The notes: generated from the letters alone by a model not told the origin. Positions 32,765 through 45,337 are shown, counted from the stretch's first letter. The stretch: 64,000 nt of DNA from Nitrospirota bacterium (GCA_963703955.1 CAVPGK010000006.1:128001-192000); one strand, 5' to 3'. Program-made: numbers and translations.

Positions 32765-33208
32765 CTAGAGGAGCGGGCCTAGACAAAGGAACCCGTGCGT
32801 AGCAGTAGACCGAATCGGTTCCTTGGCAGGGTCTTCTCGCTGTCCGATTATAATCACGGCTGTCTCACCGGGCGCAACCCGCACACTCCCTTCCCACATG
32901 GCATAGAGTGGCGGAATAACCGGAATTTGACCCACGTTCGTCACTTCTAACTGGACCGGTTGATCTGCGACAAATGGGACCGTGACCTGTCGTGGGGAGA
33001 AGCCATGCTCTCTCGCACGACCAGCATAAAAGAGCGTCGCAGCCTCGGTATCAACCCGTATGATGGTTAACTTTAGCGCGTAGGTGCCCCCTTCAATGAG
33101 TTGGCCATGGGCTTCGATAGTGTGGTTCTCTTTCAGGTCGATGGGGTGCATCGTGAACGTGAGCCAACCAAGTTTTTTCGCTCGTTCATCCTGTTCCTGT
33201 TCGACCAT
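32765..33208 (-). CDS. hypothetical protein
   Basis: 147-aa ORF, no recognised motif. Confidence 0.45.
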   Translation of the reverse strand: MVEQEQDERAKKLGWLTFTMHPIDLKENHTIEAHGQLIEGGTYALKLTIIRVDTEAATLFYAGRAREHGFSPRQVTVPFVADQPVQLEVTNVGQIPVIPPLYAMWEGSVRVAPGETAVIIIGQREDPAKEPIRSTATHGFLCLGPLL

Positions 33209-33446
33209 AGAATAAGCCTTCCAGGTCCTAATGAAAGACGGTTACTTACAATGAGCAGACCGAGTGTGATCCGTAGAATGATCCCACCAGTCCAGTAGTG
33301 CTCCTACAGTATCTGCCAGGAGCCGATCGAGTCAAGGGGCAGACAGCGTAGTATGGGAGTCTTAGAAAGGGGGCAGCACTTTCAGCGCCCAGCTTGCCCT
33401 GGGGAAGGAGTGTGTCCACATGAAGGTAATAGGACGTAGAGTTACA

Positions 33447-33558
33447 GGTTACGCCTGCGTTGCGGATATGCGGACAGGTGGGTCTTTTGATCTCGCGTAC
33501 GCATCGCCGGGTCCCATCGGGCTCGAAGCCCCGGCGGTGGATGTGCCCATGCAGAGGG
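33447..33558 (+). repeat. island non-coding repeat, modules B+C
   Basis: ggttacgcctgcgttgcggatatgcggacaggtggg...catcgccgggtcccat...tgtgcccatgc; similar to 37475-37625. Confidence 0.8.
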
Positions 33559-33753
33559 GTTAACGGGGGTAAGGCATGCGGGAGCGAGGCTCGGGATACA
33601 GACAATTGGGACCGAGGCAGCAGGTACAGGTCTGTATTAGATGAATGAATCGAGGTGCGGACAGGCCCACTCTTGGCTTCACAGTGCGAAGCGGAAATGG
33701 ACTCGCGTCAGTACCAGTCTCTCTGACTCGATTCCAACACCCAGCGCGACCAG

Positions 33754-36700
33754 TCAGGATCCACAACCTGCTGTCCAATTCGCTAGGATGTTCGCGACTG
33801 TGTTGGACGACGGCAGCCCTCGCAGCGACAGGATCTCGGTCACATTTGTAAGGGAGGAGACCACGTTCGTCCCTCTTGCCCCTCGCCTCGCAGCCCCTGC
33901 CCCGCGTCTGCACTCAGCGTCGCCAGCGGGCTTGCCAGCCACCCGCCCGGTTCCGTCGGCAGGCCGTAGTGCGCCGGCCACCACGAAGCTGCTGTACTGG
34001 CCGCCCTCAAGGGCGGCACAGCGCACTCCGAGCAGCGCCGTCGCCGGAAGCGGGGTCTTCGAGAGCGGCACGATCTTGCCGGCTGCGGGAGCATTCGGCG
34101 ATTGAACCCGCACGGTCCCACTCACCCCAAACTGCGACGACGCATCCACTAGGCTCGTGGCATCGGGGACCAAGGCATTGGTCGTAATGGAGATGTTCCC
34201 GCCCTGGCCCTGGGTCGCCTGGGCGAGAATCTGGCTGTTCTGCAAAATGACAAACTGCGGGTCGATCATGATGTTGCCGCCAACGGTCGTCGTGGAACCT
34301 TGCACCGAGGCGTTGATCTGGCTGTTCGTGAGCTGAATCATACCGGGTGCCGTCACCGTGATGTTGCCGCCGCTGGCCTGCGCGGCTTCCGTGGTCACCG
34401 CGCTGTTGATGCTGGTGTAATTCTGCCCGGCGCTGATCAGGATATTTCCCGCGTCGCCCAGACCGGTGCTTTGCGCTGAGATCACCGATCCATCGGTGAG
34501 CATGATGTGATTACCTGCCGACAGCGTGATATTACCACCCGGCTGGCTACCACCTGTGACAGTGGCGGAAATGGTGGCATCCGCCAGCATGATGTCTGTC
34601 GAGGAGGCCAGCGCGATCGCCCCGCCGGCGCCCGCATCGGCTTCCGTCGTGATGTTGCTGTGGTTGAGCGTCACGGCGGCAGGACGAAACCCGGCGCCAG
34701 CGACTCCTTGAATGGTGACGCTACCCGCGTTCCCGGCGTTCATGGCGGCACTGCTGCTACTGCTGGAAAAGATCGTGTTGTTGGTCGACAACGATCTCCA
34801 CGTTGACCGCAATATTCCCCGCGGGCGCGCCGCCGCCCGAGGCCGCAAAAATCCCTGTCCGAAGCCCTCGTAGATCGCTGAGGATTCTGCCATTGAAGGC
34901 CACCGTGTCTGCCGTGATCGTGATCGTCGACGGAGCGGTGGCCGCCGTTCCGCCATTGACATGAGTGTTGATGGCGAAGTTGTTGAGAGCCACCAGGCTG
35001 GCGGCATCCGTGGACGCCGGGCCCGGTCCTGAGATCGTCACGGTTCCCGCCGGGCCGGCCGTGTCGTTGGGACTATTGCTCGTGCTCGCGATGACTACAT
35101 ATCCGTGCTCCATCGGCGTCCCATCTGGGTTCACATTCGCCCGCAGTGTATTGATGTGGAACGCGATATTCCCCGCCGGGGCGGGGCCGTTGGAGGTCGC
35201 AAAAATCCCAGCTGTTCGTTTCAAACCCTTCAGGCTCCCCTATTCCGAGGTGAGGATCAGAGTGTCCGCCGTGATCGTGATCGCCGATGGAGTCGTGGCC
35301 TGCTGTCCCGCCAGACACTTCCGTGGTGATCTCCGTCTTGTCGAGGGCCACGAGCGTAGCCGGATCCGTGGGCTCCGGGCCCGGCCCCGAGATGTCACGC
35401 TCCCCGCTGCCCGCGCCGTGGTCTGGAGCTTCTGCTTCGGGTTGGAGGAATACTCCATTGGCGCCCCCGTCGTCGGCGTCCCATCCGGGTTCACATTCAC
35501 CCGTAGTGTGTCCACGTTGATCGCAATATTCCCCGCAGGCGCGTCCCGCGAGTGTCGCGAGGATCACGTTAGATTGCTGAGTGAGACCGAGTCTGCGGTG
35601 ATGGTATCGGAGCCGTACGTTTGTCATCGATGACCCGCCGAACACTATCGCATCGAACTCTGCACTGTTGAGCGCGACCAGCGTAGCGGGCATCCGTGGA
35701 CTCCGGGCCCGGCCCTGAGATGGGTCACGGCTCCCGCCGGGCCGGCCGTGCTCTTCGGCTTACTTGTGCTTGGGTCTTCCGATAAATCACAAACTCGCAG
35801 TGTCACCAACGGGACATGTCCGTCCTTGGTACAATTATCGTTCCATCCGGGTTCACATTCGCCCGCAGCGTATCGACATTGAGCACAAGATTGCCTGCGG
35901 GTGCCAGGTTACTGGTAGGGGCCATGAATCATCGCTTGATTGCTGAGAGCTACAGACTCCGCTGCGATGGTGATCGTAGCCGGCGTGGTGACTGCCGTCC
36001 CGCCAAACACCTTGGCGCCGATCACGGTGGTGTCCAGACTAACGCTCCTCGCTGTGCTCCCGGGCCCTCGATACCTTGAATGGCGATGGCGCCTGCTTTC
36101 CCGGCCTCCAGACTCTCGCTCCTGCTGTTGCTCTCAATGAGCAGCGAGGTGGGAATTTGCGGGTAGTCAGGGCTGAGATCTGATGCATTCACGCGCTTGG
36201 CGCCAGGCTGCGTGGTCAATGTGCCTATATTGAAGGTGATATCTCCGGCCGGGCCGGACCCGCGCGTGTCGGCTGTCAGATGTGTCCCATTGCTCGACCG
36301 TCACCTCGTCCGCCGTGATCGTGATGGCTCCCGGCGTGCTGGCCGCGCTGCCTCCGCTGATCGTCGTCCGGACCGTGGCATTGTCCAGAGACACGGTTTG
36401 CGCCGCAGCCCCGTCGAACCCCTGGATCGTGATCGTCCCCGCACTGCCGATCTCTCCCGCCGTGCTCTCCACCGTCGCCGTCTCCAGCCGGACCGTCGGC
36501 GCCGCCAGGGTGACACTGCCTCGCTGGCCCGCACTGTCGGTGGATGTCAAGACGCCGGTCGGCCCCTCCTGCCCCACGCCGGAGATCACGATCGACTCGC
36601 GGCCGGTCAGCTCAATGGGCGCCCCCTTGGCGATCAGTCGCCCCCCCACGATGCTGATCTGCGCCGCCCACCAGCGCCAACCCCTTCCCCTCCGGCATCT

Positions 36701-37322
36701 GCAGCGTGCTGTGATCCACCGTGATCGGGCCCGACCGCGGCCCTAGGAACCCAAAGGTCGCCACCGGCGCGACGCTCAGCAGCGCATCGGCCGCCGCATT
36801 GGGCGTGGCGTGAAAGACCGTCCCGTCGGCCAGTTTCAGCGAATCCGCCGTCGTGAAGGTTGCCATCCCGCCAATGTTCAGCGTGGCAGTGGGGCCAAAC
36901 AGAAATCCGGCCGGGTTCATCAGAAACAGATTGGCACTCCCGAAGCCGCTGGTTTGAATCGTGCCGAAGATGTTCGAGGGATTCCCCCCGGTCACCCGGC
37001 CCAGGATGTTGGAGGTCGGCAGCGCCGTCTCGTTGAGGAAGTTCGCGATGTTGGCGGCGGGCACCCCAAACTGCCCGAAGCTGTGAAAGAGATTGGGGCC
37101 CGCCCCGGGTCGCGTCCCGCCGGTGATGGTGTACTGCGTCCCGCCAGGGACAGTGATCGGTGCACTGACCTGCGTGTGCAGCCCCGACGGCGTGATCGGC
37201 GGCACTTGGGCCTGGCTTATATGTGGCGGCGCGGCCATGGTCGACACAAGCGCGGCCAGCCACATCATCGCAAGGTAACACCAGACGCCTGGGGGACGAT
37301 GGAAGAGCGTGTGACTCGTCAT
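33754..37322 (-). pseudogene. filamentous haemagglutinin N-terminal (TPS) domain exoprotein, heavily frameshifted
   Basis: NLFHSFGQF, NILGRVTGGNPS, LFLMNPAG; many frame breaks; paralog of 60620-64000. Confidence 0.88.
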
Positions 37323-37474
37323 GACGAACCCTCTCTCTTCCTGGGCATTCTGTATTGCGCATCCAAGCATGTACGTATCGCAACATGCAAGGATTTTATT
37401 CACGTGACAATCATGGCGGATGAGAGAGTATCTTTCAGCCTAATTCAGGGGTGGACTACCCGCGAGCGAGTAGG

Positions 37475-37625
37475 GATTGCGAATCTGCGGGCAGGTGGCC
37501 CTTTTGCACTCGCCCGCCCATCGCCGGGTCCCATTGCAAGCATAGCCCCGTGGGGGGTGTGCCCATGCCATAGGGAACGCTTCTAGTAGGTTACGCCTGG
37601 GTTGCGGATGTGCGGACAGGTGGTC
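37475..37625 (+). repeat. island non-coding repeat, B+C followed by a second B
   Basis: tgcgggcaggtggcccttttg...cgccgggtcccat...gtgtgcccatgc then ggttacgcctgggttgcggatgtgcggacaggtgg. Confidence 0.8.
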
Positions 37626-37928
37626 TATCCTTGCCCAGTGCTGTCCTGATGATCCCCGCGATGCGCCTATGTGCCGTCACTGGCACTTTCCTCTTTTTAG
37701 ATACGAGTGGGTCGGTATGACGGGTCCTCCTCTCCAGGTCACAGGCTCCATAGATGGTTCATAGGTTCGCCTTGCCGTCAGGACGTTACCGGGTGCGTCT
37801 GTAACGTTGCCAATGATGTCCATAACGCATACCGTTGTTCAGTATGCAGCCTCTCGAGCTATATGTGCCCTCACAGCTCAGGGAAAGTGGCGCGCCCTTC
37901 CGATCATCGAAAGGCTAGGGGGGAAGCT

Positions 37929-38804
37929 ATGGGAGTAAAAAGAATCCTGAGAACCGCCTTCGTAGGAATGAAACGCTGGCTTGCGGAGGAGCCATCTACT
38001 GCCCAGGAAGAACCGTTACCACCATTTGATAACACCTGTACCTGGCTCCGTCCCGCGTTTCTACAGGTCGATCACATCTGTCACCGTCCCGCTTATAGCT
38101 GGGGCGTCCTGGAAGGCACGGCGCTGGCAAAAGTCCTAGGCTATCCACGCGTCTCAGTCATCGAGTTTGGCGTGGCGGGTGGTGCCGGTCTTGTGGCGTT
38201 GGAACGCATTGCGGAACTCGTCGAAAAGATGGTTGGCGTAGAAATTGATGTCTATGGCTTTGATACGGGCACTGGGCTCCCCAAGCCGGAGGACTACCGC
38301 GACATACCCTACATGTGGGACGAGGGGTATTATGCGATGGACGTCAAGCGACTCCGCGAACGGTTACAGCGCGCCCAACTCAAGATTGGCCTGGTGGAAA
38401 CGACGGTCCCGGAATTCATGCGAACGTCATTTACCCCAGTCGCATTCATTTCTATTGATCTGGACCTGTATACAGCGACCCGCCATGCGTTAAAGCTGTT
38501 GGAGGCCAATCCCGACCGACTGCTGCCTCGTATCCCGTGTTACTTCGATGATATCATGGGCGGGGGATACTGCGAGTTTACCGGCGAACGGCTTGCAATA
38601 GGCGAATTCAATGATGAGCATGGGATGCGAAAACTCGCGGCACAGCACGGACTCAAATTTTTTGTTCCGCCACATGATCGACATGAGCAATGGGTCGAGC
38701 TGATGCACTTGGCCCATATCTTTGATCACCCCCTGTACGGCACGCGTAGTCACCTCCATGGGTACAATCGAATTGATATCGACGGGAAATGGTCTAAGGC
38801 ATAG
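37929..38804 (+). CDS. TylF/MycF-like SAM-dependent methyltransferase
   Basis: IEFGVAGG, YGFDTGTGLP, ISIDLDLY, YFDD. Confidence 0.72.
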   Translation: MGVKRILRTAFVGMKRWLAEEPSTAQEEPLPPFDNTCTWLRPAFLQVDHICHRPAYSWGVLEGTALAKVLGYPRVSVIEFGVAGGAGLVALERIAELVEKMVGVEIDVYGFDTGTGLPKPEDYRDIPYMWDEGYYAMDVKRLRERLQRAQLKIGLVETTVPEFMRTSFTPVAFISIDLDLYTATRHALKLLEANPDRLLPRIPCYFDDIMGGGYCEFTGERLAIGEFNDEHGMRKLAAQHGLKFFVPPHDRHEQWVELMHLAHIFDHPLYGTRSHLHGYNRIDIDGKWSKA

Positions 38805-38900
38805 CCTCAAGGAATCCAAGTCTCTATTTTTCTTGGATCGCTTCAACGAAGCGGTCGTCGGTGGGAACGACAAGTTAAGAGTACTTGGAGTGCGTCCAGC

Positions 38901-38972
38901 GGAGCCCTTTTACCGACACCGCGCATCGTAGGGTCCCATTCAGGCACAGACTTGGTGGGGGTGTGCCCACAC
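38901..38972 (+). repeat. island non-coding repeat, module C
   Basis: gccctttt...gcatcgtagggtcccatt...gggggtgtgcccac. Confidence 0.65.
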
Positions 38973-39187
38973 ACGGCGTCAGTGCGACGTAGACCCGTTG
39001 GGGAATGGGAGCCTTCCGCTACCCGCCCCTACCCTTGTTGTGTAACCGTGAGTGTAACCATCACAGTGACACATGGCGCAATCCAGCGCAACGCCATGCA
39101 ATCCCCATCATCGCTGATCCGCCAGCCAGTAGCGGCGAAACCTGACTTTCTGAAGCGCTTAGCCGTTCCTTGGATTTGTAGACTTCA

Positions 39188-39247
39188 GGTCTTGAAAACC
39201 GGAGTCCGGGCAACCGGACCGTGGGTTCAAATCCCACCCCTTCGCCA
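39188..39247 (+). repeat. att site: 3' portion of tRNA-Ser(TGA)
   Basis: Near-identical to 32335-32395. Confidence 0.92.
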
Positions 39248-39304
39248 AATTGCAATGGTTCAAGTGAATATGGGTGGAGAGGTGAAAGGAGTCTAGCCAT
39301 GCGT

Positions 39305-39503
39305 GGGGTGGGATTTGAACGGGGGTTTTGAAGGGGCGCACGGCGCGATGAATAAAGAGCGCCGCGTTTGTGCGCGCCGCCGAGTCGGTGAGGCGGCCGG
39401 GTCTTGTGCCCACTTCATGGGGCGTTCGCGAGGGGGCTGAACCCCTTGCGAGAGGGCGCGCTGAAACTGCGCAGCCGATTTCAAATTCCCACCCCCTCCG
39501 CCA
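39305..39503 (+). repeat. tRNA-linked palindromic element ending in a further tRNA-Ser 3' fragment
   Basis: ggggtgggatttgaa...ttcaaattcccaccccctccgcca; homologous to 52081-52243. Confidence 0.75.
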
Positions 39504-39743
39504 GACCAAGCTAGCTAGGACCCGCCGCCCCAGAATTCCGGCGACGGGCTAGTGGTATCTTGATAGACTTGTCATCTCGAAAGGTCGACTTAGAACTGTC
39601 TCATGGGCCTTCATTTGCGCATCATTTGAGACATCCATCGCGGTCCTGCCTCTCCCAGCTACTCAAAGTCCCCTTCTAACTCTTGCAAGGTTGTCATCAG
39701 CTGATAGACTTGATGTCAGACCAGGTCGATGCAAGGGAGTCTT

Positions 39744-40064
39744 ATGGCAACGGGGTTTTCCATTCGTAGCCATCGGCGGTTTCCGGTCGAGTGCGCCGTC
39801 GACTACATGAGTTCGGATTGCGTAGGGAAAGGCGTTGTGCGGAACCTCTCCCGCGGTGGCTGGCGCATCGAGGGTGATCATGCTGTTGCGCCGGGGACGA
39901 TTTTGACCTTAGCCGTGTGGTTGCCGGGCGACGGCGTCCCAGTCAAGGTCGAGAAGGCGATCGTCCGATGGGTCAGCGGCCACGCCTTCGGCGTCAAAAT
40001 CCTCATGATGGCCCCAGCAGAAGGGACGAGACTTGAACGATTGGTGGCTCGTCTGCTTTCGTAA
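39744..40064 (+). CDS. PilZ domain protein
   Basis: RSHRRF (RxxxR) and NLSRGG motifs. Confidence 0.88.
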   Translation: MATGFSIRSHRRFPVECAVDYMSSDCVGKGVVRNLSRGGWRIEGDHAVAPGTILTLAVWLPGDGVPVKVEKAIVRWVSGHAFGVKILMMAPAEGTRLERLVARLLS

Positions 40065-40096
40065 AGACCTGTCTCGCTGATTCGTCTGACATAACT

Positions 40097-40459
40097 ATGG
40101 CAAGGATTCTGATCATCGACGATGAAAAGCCGGTTCGCCGTCTTGTTCGTCAAGCTTTGGAAGGAGCCGGATACGAGGTCGTGGAAGCTCGAAACGGCCA
40201 GGAAGGGCTTCGCCTCTATCGTCTCCGACCTACGGATCTCGTCATCACGGATCTGCTTACCCCCGAGAACGATGCATTGGAAAGCATCCTCATCCTCCGT
40301 CGCGAGTATCCCGAGGCCAAAATTGTCGCCATGACCGGCGGCACCGGAGAGAGCAATTTCCTCGATACCGCCACGGTGCTCGGCGCACACCGGACGCTGG
40401 CGAAGCCGTTTAGTCTGGATCAATTGCTTGGCACTGTGCGAACAATGGTGCAGAGCTAG
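40097..40459 (+). CDS. stand-alone response regulator receiver
   Basis: ILIIDD, DLVITD, AMTG, AKPF. Confidence 0.9.
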   Translation: MARILIIDDEKPVRRLVRQALEGAGYEVVEARNGQEGLRLYRLRPTDLVITDLLTPENDALESILILRREYPEAKIVAMTGGTGESNFLDTATVLGAHRTLAKPFSLDQLLGTVRTMVQS

Positions 40460-40836
40460 CACAGGCGGCGGAGACGAATCATCGTAAGGACAGGCGTGGG
40501 CAGATGGTGGGCAGCGATGTCAACGAAAACACCCGTGTTGAATCGGGAGCTAGGGACAGCAGGCCGTTTTTGTCCACGACAGACCGGAGTATTGACGACT
40601 GTGACCCCGAACGTCTGATATTCCATCTCGCCTGGGCATGCAAAGATCAACATCAGCCTCCCGAAGACCGTTGCAAAGCTATTATGATTCCCCGCACCGT
40701 AATATCCTTCTGTGCATAGACTCTTCTTGCCTCTCACGGCGCTCAACTCATAGATGCCGGCTTGGCGTGGAAAAAGTCGGTCCTTCTCTCATTTTTGCCG
40801 TAGAATGTGTAGAATGTGTAACTGTACGTTAGGGAG

Positions 40837-41553
40837 GTGGCAATGGCACACAGGCGGTTGATACAGATCGTGCTCATATGTGGCTTCCTGTCCGCATTGT
40901 TGCTGGATAGGGCGTCCTCGGTTGCGGACCAAACGCTGGGGCCATCCGACGCCAAAACCTCAAGCGACACGTCTGCCGGGAAGCGGCCATCCAACAACGA
41001 TAGTTCGAGCGCAGCAAAAACGGAAAAGTCTTCCTTGATCGTCACGTCCGAGTATTACATTGGACCGGAAGACGTCTTGGAAATTATCGTTTGGCGCAAC
41101 ACCGATCTATCCAAGGTGGTCACGGTCCGGCCTGACGGTCGGATTTCTCTGCCCTTACTTGGCGACATTGAAGCCAATGGGCTGACCCCGGTAGAACTGA
41201 CCGGCACTATTGCCTCCCGTCTTAAGCAGTTCAAGGAAACCCCGACGGTATCCGTCATTGTGCAGCAGGTCAGCAGCTATGGCATCTACGTGCTTGGAGA
41301 GGTAGCCAAACCTGGGCGCTTTTTCTTGAAAAGCAAAACGACGTTGCTTCAAGCCATCACCATGGCCGGAGGATTTACTCAGACCGCGGCTAAGGACAGG
41401 ATGGTCGTATTCCGTATGCGCGAAGGAAAGGAAGAAAAGGTGAAAGCCAGCTACTATGACATCGTGATGAAGGATGCGAGTAAGCAGAATGTGATTCTCA
41501 AGCCTGGCGATACCATCGTTGTGCCGTCTGAGACCATGGTCATGACCGATTGA
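40837..41553 (+). CDS. polysaccharide biosynthesis/export protein (Wza-like, SLBB)
   Basis: YIGPEDVL, VRPDGRISLPL, GEVAKPG, LKPGDTIVVP. Confidence 0.9.
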   Translation: MAMAHRRLIQIVLICGFLSALLLDRASSVADQTLGPSDAKTSSDTSAGKRPSNNDSSSAAKTEKSSLIVTSEYYIGPEDVLEIIVWRNTDLSKVVTVRPDGRISLPLLGDIEANGLTPVELTGTIASRLKQFKETPTVSVIVQQVSSYGIYVLGEVAKPGRFFLKSKTTLLQAITMAGGFTQTAAKDRMVVFRMREGKEEKVKASYYDIVMKDASKQNVILKPGDTIVVPSETMVMTD

Positions 41554-42569
41554 CATGGCCAACCGGTGCCATGGGAATACTAGACATGAGTCCGCCATCT
41601 GTCATACACTCCAAATATGATTGGGGGAAAGACAGTTCTTCGCAGCGTTTGCCTTCGATGAATAGCCTCCCTAGACTGCACAGTCCACAACTATCTGCCG
41701 GGCACGCCTCTGAGAGGTACGAAGTCTCCACCGGCCTTTTACAACGGCTTCGCGCGGAGCGGTAGGCATTCGGAGCAGCTTTAGTTAGCCGGGTGGGCAC
41801 CAAGCCGACTATCAAACGTCCCGCGCATCCCAAAGCATAAGTTTAAGTAAGGTATTTAGCCTGCGATGAAGCGGTCGACGACAACCCACTTTACCCACTG
41901 GGCCAGGCCAGATCTGGCGGCGTGACCTATCGAACTCCACAAACGCGCCGAAGTTGACCACGATGACCTGACCCGGTTCCATAAATCGAGTGCCACATCC
42001 GGGACCCACGTGACCCCTCATCAGAGCCAGGGTTCACCTCCAAGGCGGGCCACTGCGACCCCTCGGCAGAGTCTTGGAACAATTCGCTTTGGCGAACTCC
42101 AGCGATGACCACGCCATTGTCAAAGGCAGCAGCATCGATACACCCTTTGCATAAGCCTTCGCGAACGCGCCTACGGCCTCTACTTGCGATGGGGCGTCCA
42201 AGCTTTGAGCCAAGGCGATGAGCGTTCGGCTCACCGCGGCTTGATCTTTGTGAGCTAAGGAAGGGTGGCGTTGGATCAGCCGAACATAGTCAGACTAAAC
42301 GCCACGGCAAGTCATGCGGGGCAAAGGAGACATCATCTTGTGCATATTCAGCCTCCTTGTCATTAGCGCACTGATTTCGTGCCTCCTCAGTTTCTAGAGG
42401 AACCCGATGAATAGTTGTGCTCTTATGGTATGCGTCATGGAGCCGCTGGTGCTATAGGACTGGCCGGAGAATTGGTGTAGGAGGTGGGTTCATAAACGCA
42501 GCGTGCCCGTCCAGAGTCGGCTTTACGTTTAATACGCTTATTGGTGGAGCACCTGCGAGAGGATCAGGC

Positions 42570-43784
42570 CTAGCGCGAGCGGAGTAATTTCCATTGACTG
42601 ACTACTTTGACCTCGGAGCCGTCCCGACGCTTATGCACCAACTCGCCTTCCCAATGTCTCGTCTGTATGAGTTCGCTCTCGATGGTGGCAAGCGGCTTGG
42701 GAAAAATGGTTTTCAACAAGCGATGCGAACAACTCCCTACAGTCTCGGGATAGCTCCAGCCGTACAGCTCTTCGGCGGCTTTACTCCAGTAATGGATCGT
42801 GCCGTCCTGGCTTCGCACCAGTAAAGCGACGCCCTCGCTGAAAACCCCTTCGCCCTGTTCCGCTATTGGTTGGCTGTTTATCTCAATCACCGTCTGATTC
42901 GACTCACGGCGCTTCCCCGCCGGTTCACCTCCCACGCTTGCACCGATCCTGGTATGGTGTGTTCGGTGGTCATCGTTCAGCGCCAACCACTCGGGACAGC
43001 CGCGGTCTCGAATGCTGTTCTCAGTATTGTGACCTTTATAGACAAAGACCAAGTTGTGATAGAAGTGCATGGCCGTGATGTGCGCGTCGTAATAATCCGG
43101 CACATATCCGGGTATGACGAATTCCTTGTGGTTCAGACCGTCAACCCGCCGCTTCAAAAAATTCATGATCGTGGCTGGGTTGTTCAAATCGTGACTGTCC
43201 CCCCCGTGCGAAGGCCAGTACGAACTATTGACGTCCTCGATGACATAGATGCCGCCATCACGGAGCCTCGGAAAGAGTGCTCCAAACGCCTTGATCGTGT
43301 GATCGTTAATATGGCTGCCATCATCGATGACAATATCAACACCTCCCATCTTCTCCACGACGGCATGCAAAAAGGCCTTATCCGTCTGATCACCCTGGAA
43401 GACCTTGATGCGATGCCCCAGATCCAACCTTTTCGGATGTACGTCAATGCCGAAAACATAGCTGTTCGGGAAGAAGTCACTCCACATGCGGAGTGACTTC
43501 CCGCCGGTGTACGGATCGTCGTACCCCCCCACCCCTATTTCAAGAATATTGAGCTTTTTATGCCTGAGCGGAAAGAAATGTTTCTCATAATGTTGAGCGT
43601 ACCAGTGCGGCCCCCATTTTGAACACGCATGTAGTGTGGCGAGAGCGATGAGGTTTCGCCTCTTCATACGCCCCTTCACCATGAGTCCGGCTCGAGCTGA
43701 GAGAGACCGTACCGTCCTCAAGACCTCGACCATGGAGGGCGGTAAGTTGTGCTTCACATACCGACTAAAAATGGCCTGATTCAT
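42570..43784 (-). CDS. class I SAM methyltransferase (MycE-like) fused to C-terminal PAS domain
   Basis: ILEIGVGGY, IDDGSH, GGIYVIED; tail DGTIHYWSKAAEELYGWS..WEGELVHKRRDG; start uncertain. Confidence 0.82.
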   Translation of the reverse strand: MNQAIFSRYVKHNLPPSMVEVLRTVRSLSARAGLMVKGRMKRRNLIALATLHACSKWGPHWYAQHYEKHFFPLRHKKLNILEIGVGGYDDPYTGGKSLRMWSDFFPNSYVFGIDVHPKRLDLGHRIKVFQGDQTDKAFLHAVVEKMGGVDIVIDDGSHINDHTIKAFGALFPRLRDGGIYVIEDVNSSYWPSHGGDSHDLNNPATIMNFLKRRVDGLNHKEFVIPGYVPDYYDAHITAMHFYHNLVFVYKGHNTENSIRDRGCPEWLALNDDHRTHHTRIGASVGGEPAGKRRESNQTVIEINSQPIAEQGEGVFSEGVALLVRSQDGTIHYWSKAAEELYGWSYPETVGSCSHRLLKTIFPKPLATIESELIQTRHWEGELVHKRRDGSEVKVVSQWKLLRSR

Positions 43785-44870
43785 CACAACCCCATCAGAT
43801 GACAGATTAACGTTCCAGCGGCTCATACGATCGAAGTGCCAACCGGATTTTGTGCGTCGAGCCAACTTACCTACCAAAGTTCCGAACTCGTCTCAATCGG
43901 CCAAAGCATTACGCCAAACCACTTGAGGATCTCTATCTAGTCTCCCTCGTTTTTTTGCGCCTTTTATTGCCTTAAGGTTGACTCGCTAACCAGGATGATG
44001 ATCTTGCGACCCTTATCTGTGAATCGTTCGGGTTCATCCTCGATGATCTCTACGACCTCCAGCGTCACGGCAGGACGCATCTACCCTGTTCATGTTGCAG
44101 AGATATCAAGTGATCGTTATAAAGCCGTCAAGCTTTCTTGTAATCGAGTAGACGGTGCCGTTCCAACTCTTCTGAGATGATGGAGTACATGTGCCACACA
44201 GAGACCGTTGAGAAACCGATTGTCTGTTGGCCCTCTCAGCTTCGCGAAAACAGATGGAACAGCTCTCGCACGAGCATATTTTCCCACTGAGGGTTGAGGA
44301 GTGCGGACCTTCCTTGCCACCGCTCACGAGAAGATCCCTTCCCCGTACTCCCTCTTTCTCTGCGCCGTCAGAACGGGAATGGGAAGACGAAGTGATCGGG
44401 CTACAATTGGCGGACATCGATTTTCGGGGTCGCTTCATCGTTCTCTTGGATAAGAACAAACAGTTCATGAACAGCACTGATCAGAAGGCGATGTAGACGC
44501 CATTCCATTGCGTGCCATGTACCCCAGAGACCATTCCGTTCAGGCTGTCCCACAGGCCTACATTCTCGAAGCCAGAGAAAAGCATAGAGTGCCAAGGCCC
44601 CCCACTCTTCTTGAAAAGTCTTCATCTTCATTGGCATCTCCCATCCTTTAATCAGCAGGCTACAGGTTCGATCCATGCGCACTTTCACAATTTTACCCCA
44701 GCACGCCTGAGTCAGATGTTCTTTGAGGATTGAACTATGGGCGGGCTTTGTTCCGTTTTATAGTTTCAGCTGTGGCGTCAGCTCCTGGTCAAAAAGAGAA
44801 CCTTCTGGTCATCAGACTATTAGAATGGTATGGAATCGGTCCCAGTCTGAAACGCGGGACAGGAGCTTAC

Positions 44871-45245
44871 TTAATGGGACGGAGGCGTTGCCTTGCGTGG
44901 TTGAATGTGGATGCTGCGATCCTGATGGCGGAATAACTCCATCGGCGGACCGATATCAGGCGGTCGTTCGATGATGAGTTGCTGTGGTGGTCGGTCATAC
45001 GTGTAACAGAGACTTTTCAGAAGATTGACTTGTGAGCACAGTATAATCGCACCGGCACCGTTCCGAGAGTGGTCTGCCAGGGGGTTACCTTCTTCGGAGA
45101 ACGCAGACGGAAGGACGCCCATTGCTGTGGCAATGGAGAGGAGAACGGACCCGCCTATCACGATCCAGGACTTGCCCATCGCTGGTGGCCTTGAGCCGAG
45201 TGAACGCATAGGCGTCCCTTCCATCGACGGGATTGTAGTCGTCAA
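44871..45245 (-). CDS. hypothetical exported protein
   Basis: Hydrophobic signal-like segment. Confidence 0.4.
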   Translation of the reverse strand: MTTTIPSMEGTPMRSLGSRPPAMGKSWIVIGGSVLLSIATAMGVLPSAFSEEGNPLADHSRNGAGAIILCSQVNLLKSLCYTYDRPPQQLIIERPPDIGPPMELFRHQDRSIHIQPRKATPPSH

Positions 45246-45337
45246 GACACTCGCGTGTCAAAGGCGTCAGGAGTGACTCGTGCTCACCGGGTGTCCCATG
45301 AGCAAAGGAGCGTTGGAGCGAAGATTGACACTGTAAG

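Larger units (their letters stand above)
32335..39247. mobile_element. island at 3' end of tRNA-Ser(TGA)
   Basis: tRNA 3' 60 bp duplicated at 39188-39247; tandem tgtaacc motifs near both ends (32452, 39041). Confidence 0.85.

Noticed and set aside
41850..42350. M24 peptidase-like pseudogene (EPGQVIVVNFGA)
   Set aside because: Too fragmentary to support without a search.
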